From: Octopus sinensis
Taxonomy: Eukaryota
NCBI RefSeq assembly: GCF_006345805.1
Contig: NW_021832828.1
Span: 82,276-146,275 of the forward strand
Direction: 5' to 3'
Length of the DNA: 64,000 nucleotides
Shown: positions 12,095-23,638 of the stretch, in pieces
Position numbering within the stretch: position 1 is the stretch's first letter
Layout of the letters: every line of letters starts with the position of its first letter
The notes under the pieces: model-generated
What the model was told of the DNA's origin: nothing
The model's database searches: none
The model's input: only the letters and a program-made list of their open reading frames with translations
Made by a program: the position numbers and the translations under genes

Positions 12095-14722
12095 ACAATC
12101 AAGGAACGGCCATAATAGGCCATTCACCCACTAGAAATAACAGCCAAAGCTTCAACCGCAAATAAAAGTCAATTCCGTAAACAGGAGAAAATTTAAAAAA
12201 ACATTACCCTGTAATTTCTTATACGATGCACCGTTTCGTCTGCTGTTTAATGGTAAACTAACCTGATTAAATTAAATCAAGCCAATCTTCCATAGGCCCT
12301 CAGATTCTTCAGTAAGAAATAGCCACAAGTCGGAACAGATATTTTCACGAGGCATTTCCGACCCTGCCAAGTTATATCTGACCTAAAATTTTCAAATCAT
12401 CGCACTCGCGCCAAATTTATCGGCAGCAAATAAATATAAGCCGTCGATTCCATTACGGAATTAACCAGAAAATTCATAATTAATCAATATAGGGTGCCAG
12501 AAAAAATTTTGTAGAATTTTTTTGCCACCAGCGGCCTAGTGGGGAAAAGATTAAATAGTCATATACCATTTTTAAGTTCAACATCAACAATCAAGGAACG
12601 GCCATAATAGGCCATTCACCCACTAGAAATAACAGCCAAGCTTCAACCGCAAATAAAAGTCAATTCCGTAAACAGGAGAAAATTTAAAAAACATTTACCC
12701 TGTAATTTCTTATACGATGCACCGTTTCGTCTGCTGTTTAATGGTAAACTAACCTGATTAAATTAAATCAAGCCAATCTTCCATAGGCCCTCAGATTCTT
12801 CAGTAAGAAATAGCCAAGTCGGAACAGATATTTTCACGAGGCATTTCCGACCCTGCCAAGTTAATATCTGACCTAAAATTTTCAAATCATCGCACTAGCG
12901 CCAAATTTATCGGCAGCAAATAAATATAAGCCGTCGATTCCATTACGGAATTAACCAGAAAATTCATAATTAATCAATATAGGGTGCCAAAAAAAATTTT
13001 GCAGAATTTTTTTGCCACCAGCGGCCTAGTGGGAAAAAATTAAATAGTCATATACCATTTTTAAGTTCAACATCAACAATCAAGGAACGGCCATAATAGG
13101 CCATTCACCCACTAGAAATAACAGCCAAAGCTTCAACCGCAAATAAAAGTCAATTCCGTAAACAGGAGAAAATTTAAAAAAACATTACCCTGTAATTTCT
13201 TATACGATGCACCGTTTCGTCTGCTGTTTAATGGTAAACTAACCTGATTAAATTAAATCAAGCCAATCTTCCATAGGCCCTCAGATTCTTCAGTAAGAAA
13301 TAGCCACAAGTCGGAACAGATATTTTCACGAGGCATTTCCGACCCTGCCAAGTTAATATCTGACCTAAAATTTTCAAATCATCGCACTCGCGCCAAATTA
13401 TCGGCAGCAAATAAATATAAGCCGTCGATTCCATTACGGAATTAACCAGAAAATTCATAATTAATCAATATAGGGTGCCAAAAAAAATTTTGCAGAATTT
13501 TTTTGCCACCAGCGGCCTAGTGGGAAAAAATTAAATAGTCATATACCATTTTTAAGTTCAACATCAACAATCAAGGAACGGCCATAATAGGCCATTCACC
13601 CACTAGAAATAACAGCCAAAGCTTCAACCGCAAATAAAAGTCAATTCCGTAACAGGAGAAAATTTAAAAAACATTTACCCTGTAATTTCTTATACGATGC
13701 ACCGTTTCGTCTGCTGTTTAATGGTAAACTAACCTGATTAAATTAAATCAAGCCAATCTTCCATAGGCCCTCAGATTCTTCAGTAAGAAATAGCCACAAG
13801 TCGGAACAGATATTTTCACGAGGCATTTCCGACCCTGCCAAGTTAATATCTGACCTAAAATTTTCAAATCATCGCACTCGCGCCAAATTTATCGGCAGCA
13901 AATAAATATAAGCCGTCGATTCCATTACGGAATTAACCAGAAAATTCATAATTAATCAATATAGGGTGCCAAAAAAAATTTTGTAGAATTTTTTTGCCAC
14001 CAGCGGCCTAGTGGGAAAAAATTAAATAGTCATATACCATTTTTAAGTTCAACATCAACAATCAAGGAACGGCCATAATAGGCCATTCACCCACTAGAAA
14101 TAACAGCCAAAGCTTCAACCGCAAATAAAAGTCAATTCCGTAAACAGGAGAAAATTTAAAAAACATTTACCCTGTAATTTCTTATACGATGCACCGTTTC
14201 GTCTGCTGTTTAATGGTAAACTAACCTGATTAAATTAAATCAAGCCAATCTTCCATAGGCCCTCAGATTCTTCAGTAAGAAATAGCCACAAGTCGGAACA
14301 GATATTTTCACGAGGCATTTCCGACCCTGCCAAGTTAATATCTGACCTAAAATTTTCAAATCATCGCACTCGCGCCAAATTTATCGGCAGCAAATAAATA
14401 TAAGCCGTCGATTCCATTACGGAATTAACCAGAAAATTCATAATTAATCAATATAGGGTGCCAAAAAAAATTTTGCAGAATTTTTTTGCCACCAGCGGCC
14501 TAGTGGGAAAAAATTAAATAGTCATATACCATTTTTAAGTTCAACATCAACAATCAAGGAACGGCCATAATAGGCCATTCACCCACTAGAAATAACAGCC
14601 AAAGCTTCAACCGCAAATAAAAGTCAATTCCGTAAACAGGAGAAAATTTAAAAACATTTACCCTGTAATTTCTTATACGATGCACCGTTTCGTCTGCTAC
14701 TTACCACACAGCCACTCCTGCA

Positions 14723-14788
<66 letters not shown>

Positions 14789-17244
14789 TGCAGGAGTGGC
14801 TGTGTGGTAAGTAGCTTGCTTATCAACCACATGGTTCCGGGTCCAGTTCCACTGCGTGGCACCTTGGACAAATGTCTTCTACTATAGCATCGGGCTGACC
14901 AAAGCCTTGTGAGTGGATTTGGTAGACAGAAACTGAAAGAAGCCCATCGTATGTATATATATATATGTCTGTGTGTGTGTTTGAGTGTCTGTGTTTGTCC
15001 CCCCAACATCGCTTGACAACTGATGCTGGTGTGTTTACGTCCCCGTTACTTAGCAGTTCGGCTAGAGAGAGCAATAGAATAAGTACTAGACTTACAAAGA
15101 ATAAGTCTTGGGGGTCGATTTGCTTGACTAAAGGCTGTGCTCCAGCATGGCTGCAATCAAATGACTGAAACAAATTAAAGAATAAATATATGTGTGTGTG
15201 TGTCTATGTTTATTCCCCAGCCATTGCTTGACAACCGATGTCCCTGTAAGTTGGTGGTTTGGCAAAAGAGACCGATAGAATAAGTACTCGTCTTACAAAG
15301 AATGAGTCGATTTCTTTGACTAAAAACCCTTTGATGTTGTGCTCCAGCATGGCTGCGGTCAATGACTGAAACAAATAAAAGAGTAAAAGAAAGAATATTA
15401 AACAGCTCTGGCATATTCTATAATGACTACTTTCTTGCAGTAGAAAATATCTTTTATCTTTTACTTGATTCAGTGTTGGGACTATGGCGAAGCTAGTGCA
15501 CCACCTTAGAGAGTTTAGTTGAAATGGACATAAGCAAACCAGCAGCGGTTGTCAAGACAAACACACACACATGATCTTTTACTCTTTTACTTGTTTCAGT
15601 CATTTGACTGTGGCCATGCTAGAGTATTGCCTTAAGGGTTTTAGTCAAATAAATTGATTCCAGGACTTATTCTTTGTAAGCCTAATACTTTTTCTATTGG
15701 TCTCTTTTGCCAAACTGATAAGTTATGGGGACATAAACACACCGGCATTGGTTGTCAAGCGATGGTGGGAGGACAAACACAGGAACACACACATCACATA
15801 TATATACTAGCTGAATAGGCCGTTGTTGTTGGGCAGTTTTCACAAAATGTATATAAATTTTTGTTTATTCCATGTCAGACCATGCCTTCCCCAACAGATA
15901 GGCCTCTTGATCAGGACAGATTTGTGCAATATTTTGGGAAAAACTTTGTTTGCAATCTTTTTCCATTTTAAATTATTTACATGTTTGTTTGACCGTTTCA
16001 CATGAACTTATTCATTAAAAACTTATTAAAACTTCAGAAGTTCTTACAACTTTGGTTGTTATAATGCTTTGCTTTCGTTTGTTTAATAAAAGTTCCTCCT
16101 GGTAATGATTTTGCTTTCATTTTGTGATAGACAACTTTCATGCAGAAAACACCAGCTTCCAAATCCTGTTTTCTGATTAGGTAAAGTTAATTAAACTTTA
16201 AATCCCAGTAACATTTTCCTGGGACAAATAAATAACAAAATCGGAGTGGAAAATTTTTTCAATATACTAAATTTGAAAATTTTGATGTAATTCTAAAATT
16301 TCACAATGTGACAGCAACTGGGAAGACCCTACAAAATTAGAGAGACAGACTGTTACACGCATTGAAAATTGAAAGATGGATTTGAACATTTTTCTGAACC
16401 ATTAGAATCTTGAGATGATGTAAAATTCCATATAAGTAGTACTGAAGGTGCAATGTAAAGAAACAACACTGAATGTTTTTATATTCTTACATCTTTTAGT
16501 GTGAGTTGTGTGTTATTTTTCAATTTGTGTTAAGAATGAATCAGTTTTAGCTATGGAATAAAATGAATGACATTATCTATAGTTTTATTGTTTCAGTACA
16601 TTGGTAAAGTTCTAATAAATGTTAATATAGTGATATGAAAACAGATATATAAACACTTTACCTTTCACTCGTTAGTTTTACATCTGTTGTTGGACATATT
16701 GTAAAAGTTTTGATTGAGTGTACAATAGTTAATTCACTAAAATGCATGTGTTAACTGATAGGTAAAAAGTAAAGAACAAAGTATTAAAATTTGCTGTTCC
16801 CTTCATTAAACACCTTCTCCTGCTTTATCTTTGTTTCTCATTCTCCTCCCCTTCCCTGATATCAGCCACCCTCATTATGCCACCACATTTCCCTCAACCT
16901 AACACTCTTTGAGCCCTTCTCATTTTATTATATAATAGCCCAACCACTGTAGGGGGCCCATTATTGATTTTTATTGAAATCCATTTAGCCTACAATTGAA
17001 TTGGATGTTAGTTAAACATGTATGCAAAGTTTCGTGAAGACTGGTTCACTGGTATAGGCAGCAAGGTGGTATCAGACAGAAAGATAGAAATTTCCACTTA
17101 TATATAAGACATATGACAGTCTTCTTTCAGTTTCCATCTACCAAATGCACCCACAAGGCTTTGGTTGGTCTGATGCTATAGTAGAAGACACTTGCCCAAG
17201 GTGCCATGTGGTTGGGAAGCAAACTTCTAACCACACGGCCACGC

Positions 17245-17284
<40 letters not shown>

Positions 17285-19173
17285 GTAAATGTAAAAAAAT
17301 ACAAACTGGGACAAGAACGTGAAACATTTAGAAGACGATACAAAAAACACGGACGGGACATTCAAAGCCTTCAATCTTCAGTCAAGAACCGGATCATCTT
17401 CGCAATTTTGGCTGATTAATCTTGAGATTGTTCCAATCTGGCCAGCCCCAAAGGAAAATCTAAGCCAAGCGCATTAGATTCCTTGGAAGAAAGCCTCGAA
17501 TGTATACAAAACAAGGGCAGAAAACCGGACGATGTTACACGAATAAAAATATAAAAATACGTAAAAACAATAATGATAACATGAATAAGAATACAAAAAT
17601 ATGTAAAAACAATAATGATAATAATAATAACAACAAAAACAGGACGTCACAGACAAGTGTCTTTTCGACAGGACAAGTAAATTTTTGAGCTGGCGTTAGA
17701 AAAAAGCCTTAGGGCAAGAGAGAGAAAAAAAATGTGTCTTGCCACAACGGCTGCTGACCACGAAGAGGCTAGCAATCAGTGGCTAGTCACGTGTGAGGGA
17801 AAGAGAGAGGAAAAGAGGGACAGATGAAGAGAGAAAGAAGGGGAACAAGGAACAAAGGAGGAGGGGAATAGAGAGAGAGAGAGAAAGAGACAGATCAAAG
17901 TGGAGTGCAAAGTGTGAAAGGCAGAAAAATGTAGGAGAGGGAGGAAAGAGAGTGTTGTAGAGTCGTATATATGTATGTGTGTATGTATGTAAAATATGAA
18001 GGGCTTCTTTCAGTTTCTGCCTTTCAAATTCATTCCCATGGCTTTGGTCAGCCTTGGGCTATAGCAGAAGATATTCAAGGCGCTGCATAGTAGGTCTGAA
18101 CCCAGGATCACATGGTTGGGAAGCAAGTTTCATAAGCAGCCCACCCCTTGAGAAAGAGAAAGAAAAATAAATTACTAAAGAGGTAGTAGACTTGCAAAAC
18201 CTGTCTTTTTGGGGTTGTTTTCTATTAGTGAAAAAGCAAAGAAAAAAATTTAACATTCTTTGGGTAAATTGTTAAGTTGTTGAATGTTTCAACATTTTGA
18301 AGTGTAAACAGCTGAATATATAGTATATTTTAATAAAAATAGAATTACACACAAGCTAAACTTCCTTGAGCAGGTGAAAAGTTTTAATGGCTAAGGTAAA
18401 GACAGCCTGGTAGTGCAGGATGTAACAAGAATTTTTCACATTCCATCAATGGATAAAAATGTTTAATGGCTACATAAATGTGTGTGTATGTGTGTATATC
18501 TGTATAGGCACACACACACACATATATAAATAAATCCTCTCTACTATAGCCACAAGGCCTGAAATTTCAGGGGGTGGGGACTAGTCAATTATATCGACCT
18601 TACTATTTTATTTGTTTCATTCATTTGACTGCAGCCATGACCCCATGACTCATTCTTTGTAAGCCTAGTACTTATTCTATCGGTCTCTTGCCGAACCGCT
18701 AAGTTATAGGGATGTAAACATACCAGCATCGGTTGTCAAGCAATGGTGGTGGGGGCAAACACACACACACAACGGGCTTCTTTCAGTTTCCATCTACCAA
18801 ATCCACTCACAAGGCTTTGGTTGGCCCAAGGCTATAGTAGAAGACACTTGTCCAAGGTGCCATGCAGTTGGACTGAATCTGGAACCATGTGGTTGGTAAG
18901 CAAGCCACTTACCATACGGCCACTCCTGTGCCTATATCTGCATAAAAAGCATCCAGTACACTTTGTAAAATGGTTAGCATTGGGAAGGACATCCAGCCAT
19001 AGAAACCATGCCAAATCAGACAAACCATCATCCTCCTCATCATCATTTAACATTCGTTTTCCATGCTGGCAAGCCAGAGGGCTGCACTAGGTTCTATTTA
19101 TGCTTGGTTTCTACAACTGGATGCCTATCCCAATGCCAATCACATTGCAGATTGTACTAGGTGCTTTTTATGC

Positions 19174-19205
<32 letters not shown>

Positions 19206-19207
19206 TA

Positions 19208-19252
<45 letters not shown>

Positions 19253-22200
19253 AAAAGAGACCCCCTTTGGAAATGACTGACCATGGGATTGCACCTAGAA
19301 AGTTCCTCTCAGAGGAACAGGTTCCAGCTAGGTTGTTTATGGAAGACCAGCAGTTGCCCATGCATACCAGTCTTCCCTATCTACACCACCAATGTTATCC
19401 AAGAGAAAAGCAAAGGTTGATACAGCTTGGCACCAGTGACATTGCGACTCATTTCTGCAGTCAAGTGAACTGGAGCAACATGAAATAAAGTGTCTTGCTC
19501 AAGAACACAACACACAGCTCGATCTGCGAATTGAACTCACTACCTCATGATTGTGAGCCTGACACTCTAACCACCAAGCCATGTGCCTTCACTAATATAT
19601 ATATATATACACTCACATATACCACACACACACACGCACAAGTTCCTATACAGTGTCTCTGCATCAGTTCCAGTCACAAGGCATCAGTTGGTCTGAGGCA
19701 ATAACAGAAGACTTTTGCTCAGGATGTTGCACAGTGTCATTGAACCTGGAACCATGTAGCTGTGAGGCAAACTTCTTAACCAACCAACCAACCAGACACA
19801 TACACACACATGTGGCCATTAAACATTTTGATCCAGTTTTAACTTTTCACCTGTCCAGAAAGGTTTAGCTTGTGTGTAATTCTATTTTTATGAAAATATA
19901 CTATAAAGTTAATCAGGTACTTAAAGTTCAAAATGTACAGTGTGTATTGGGTGTTTTTTATGTGGCACCCAATACTTTCTTTTAAATGGTTGGTGTTAGG
20001 AAGGGTATATATATATGATATATTCGAATATATCAAGCCGTTGTTCGTACAGTACTTCTCTATGGCTGTGAAACGTGGCCTATGCGGGTGGTCGATCAAC
20101 GAAGGCTGGAAGTCTTCGACAATGACTGCCTCTGGTGCATTCTTCACTGCCGTCGGGTGGATGAAGTTCCCACCACCAATCTCCGACTTCGCCTGTCTCT
20201 ATGGCCTCTTCCATCTGTCCTTCTGCAACGGCACTTCCGGTGGTTTGGCCATGCATGTAGGCGTCCGGTGGGTGAACTGAGCCGTGATGTCCTTCTCCCG
20301 ACTCCACTTCCCAACTGGCGGAAATGCGCGGGCGGGCAGCTGAAGACCTGGGTTACGACGATCAAGGAGGACCTCTCTGTGCTCACGGGTCCGCAGGTGG
20401 TCAGCCTGCGCCGATGGAACCGTGACTGGCTTGCTATCTCCAGTGAACTGGTGCAGGACCGTCGTGTGTGGGCTGCCATGGTTTGAGATGCCTCGAGGGT
20501 GGTAGAAGAAGCCGACTCAACCCGCCCAGGGTGAATGTCGCCACAAGTACAAGTAGGAAGGGTATCTAGCCATAGAAAGGGTTATAACCCAAACTGTCCT
20601 CTAGAAGCACATCTGCTTATTCCAGTATTCCAAAATTTTATAAAGATGTTATATATGTGTGATGCATGCCAAGGGTTGAAAAATACTGAGCAATATTTTT
20701 CACAGAGTAATTACGTATCAAGACAAGAGCTTGGGAAAAAAAGTTTTGATATTATTTATTCGCCATTACACATGTTTCATTTGCTAATAGGTGTTACAAA
20801 ATTGTATATTTAGGAGAAACCTGCTAGATACCTCCTATTAGAAATTTTGCAGAGAATCAAATAATACACAATTTACGTTAGAATGAAGCTTTTATTTATA
20901 GTCAATAACTAGGAGTCCAGTAGACAGGAGGAGTGGAGAATTAGGAACAATACTATTAATATAAAAAGAGAATTGGAGATGAATGTAATAAGTGCACACA
21001 CATAAACATTCAAATTTAGATATATATATATATATATATCAAGTTAATCCAAACATGAAAACACAAAGAGGAAACACAACAATGCGAGGACGTGGAACAA
21101 GTATAGTATTATTGGACGCTCAGGAAAGAAGGAGCGTTTAATGTTTCGAGCGGAGCTCTTCATCAGAAACATAGGAAAAGGAAAGATCCAAAGAAGGGAA
21201 GATGGAGGAAAAAAAATTGCCAACGATACACACATGCACACACATTTGCAAATACACATACACACATACATATAAACTCATACATACACATATTTATGCA
21301 TGTATATATGTATGTATAAGTGAATGTATACGCGTGTGTATATATGTTCTGTTTTGATTATATATATGAACCAAGGATAGGACAGAAAGAACATGACAAA
21401 AACAACACACAGAAAAATAGACGATAACATAACAAACAGGAAACTGGACAAAACCAAGAAACATGGCCCATTCGCAGCATATTTCCTCATCAGTCAGAGT
21501 CTGGAAGATCTTCATGGTTTTGCACATTTTTATCCCTGAGACCACTTGAATCCAGCAAGTGCCAGAGCGTTAAGCTAAAAGCATTAAGCTTCTGGGGAAA
21601 GCAAGCGATTGTATACAAGAATGAAAACAAGAACAAGAAAGCAAGAATTATATGCATACAACAGACAAACGCCTTCTTGCTATACCACAAAATGAAAATA
21701 ATTGTACATTTACAAATGAATAAATAACAGAAAGTGTCTTTTGACTATTAGATGAACAAACATGATGAAATAATAATACAAGTGCAACAGAAAAGGAATT
21801 AGACATATAGAATGGACAAACGCCTTTTGGCTATAAATAACAAAATGAAAATTGTACAATTATGACATAAATAACAAAAAGGGATCTTTTGTCTATCAGA
21901 TGAATGTAGTAAGGATGGTGTGAAGGAGAAATGGGAGGTCTTAACAGACCAAGCAAGAGGATGGACAAACATGACTGCTGGTCAGAAAAGGGCGGACAGC
22001 AATCATGTGGTAGGAGAGGGTAAGAGTTGTAGAGGGCAGAGGGATTAAAGAATTAGAGGGAGGGGAGGAAAGAGGGACTAAGGAATAAGAGAGAGGGGAA
22101 AAGAGATCAAAGGGACTAAAGAATGAGAGGGAGGGGAAGAGAGAGAGAGAGAGAGAGAAAGGTATAAAGGAGACAACTGAAGAAGGAAAGCAGAGGGAGG

Positions 22201-23583
22201 AGATATATATTGCATGCACCTTCTACTATACCTTCAATGAAAATGTTGTGAATGGATATGGTAGAGTGAAAGTGAAACTGAAAGAAGTGCATTGTATATA
22301 TGTATCTGTGTCTGCATACGTCTTGTCTTTACATTGCACACTGTACCTTTTCACTGTGGTCATCCATGGGAGTTGATAAAATAAAGCATCAATCTTCTAC
22401 TGGAATTGACTCTATAATTGACTCTTCATCACCCGACAAATTGTGTCTGAGTTAGAAATTATTATTATTATTAGTGATTTCTTATATAAATACAAAATTT
22501 CAAATTCAAGTCATGGGCTAAAGTCAGTTATATCGATCTTGATTTTATTGCCACTAGAAGGATGGATGGCTCAGTGGTTAGAGCATCGGGCTCACAGTCA
22601 TGAGGTCATAAGTTTGATTCCTGGATCAGGCTGTGTGTTGTGTTCTTGACCAAGACACTTTATTTAATGTTGCTCCAGTTCACTCAGCTGTAAAAATGAG
22701 TTGTGACATCACTGGTGCCATACTGTATCAGTCTTTGCCTTTCCCTTCGATAACATTGATGGTGTGGAGAGGAGAGGCTGGTCTTCCATATATAACCTTG
22801 CCTGAACTTGTGTCTTGGAGGGTAACTTTCTATGTGCAATCCTATGGTCATTCATGACTGAAAGTGGTCTTTACTCTTGACTTGACTTTACTCTAGAAAG
22901 ATGGAAGGTGAAGTTAAGCTTGGTAGGAGTTGAACTCAGAACATAATGAACTCAAATGAAATATTACAAGATATTTGTTTACAGCTCTTAATAGTTCTGC
23001 CAGCTTGCTGCTGTTTTTGCCAAAATTCAGTTAAATTTGTGAGATGTTTTTCAGTAGGAGTCTGGTTAGTTGTACATGTTTGCTGCAGGACAATTTAATT
23101 AGCTGAGACTAGTGTTGCTTCTTAATTGCAGTATTTTCTTTTCTTAGAAGGAAGGGGAAGGGTTTCAATTTGCATGATCTAATTAGGTGGAAGTAAAGTC
23201 CTGGAGATAATTAACAAATGTTGTTTGGTTAGAATATGGTAGAAAAGAAATTTAATGGAAAAACTCAGTCTTTGTTGATGTTTGGCAGTTCTAATAAGGC
23301 ATAAATTATTTAAGCATGACAATTTGAAAGGAAGTTACTTTGAAATGAGGAGTTGTAAGGAGCAAAGATTTTAGTAAGAGCAATATTTTAGAGTAGGATA
23401 ACTAGATTCATATGATTTGGATAATCTTTGGCTCAGGTGTGGCTGTTTGATGAGAAGTTTCCTTCTTAACCACATGGTTCCAGGTTCAGTCCCACTGTAT
23501 GACACCTTTGGCAGTTGTCTTCTACTTGGACTGACAAAGACCTTATGAACGGATTTGGTAGGCAGAAACTGAAAGAAGCTTGT

Positions 23584-23638
<55 letters not shown>

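Larger units (their letters stand above)
12091..14698 (-). repeat. tandem array, 5.3 x ~491 bp, carrying type I hammerhead ribozymes (putative non-LTR retrozyme)
   Basis: Units start at 12091, 12583, 13072, 13563, 14054 and 14546 (periods 492, 489, 491, 491, 492). Copies are near-identical, differing mainly by homopolymer indels and a few substitutions. Each full unit has a hammerhead on the minus strand. Confidence 0.9.

Noticed and set aside
13258-13458. 66-aa ORF in the tandem unit
   Set aside because: Open in only one unit because of a 1-nt homopolymer difference; no recognisable protein.
12500-14480. Sub-structure among units (T,C,C,T,C at ttg[t/c]agaa; indels) as higher-order repeat evolution
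   Set aside because: Most differences are homopolymer indels typical of unpolished long reads and cannot be trusted without raw data.
12091-14698. CRISPR array, NUMT control-region repeat, DNA-transposon (hAT TAGGG/CAGGG) multimer or ambisense viroid
   Set aside because: There are no unique spacers and the context is eukaryotic. I see no mitochondrial genes. The candidate TIRs do not match each other. No plus-strand ribozyme core was found. The single-polarity hammerhead explains the array better.
17345-17390. Minus-strand CTGAAGA...GAATGTC hammerhead-like motif
   Set aside because: GAAA core mutated and no convincing stem II; at most a decayed Penelope remnant.
21465-21500. Minus-strand CTGATGAG...CGAAT hammerhead-like motif
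   Set aside because: Lacks GAAAC, the NUH triplet and stem pairing.
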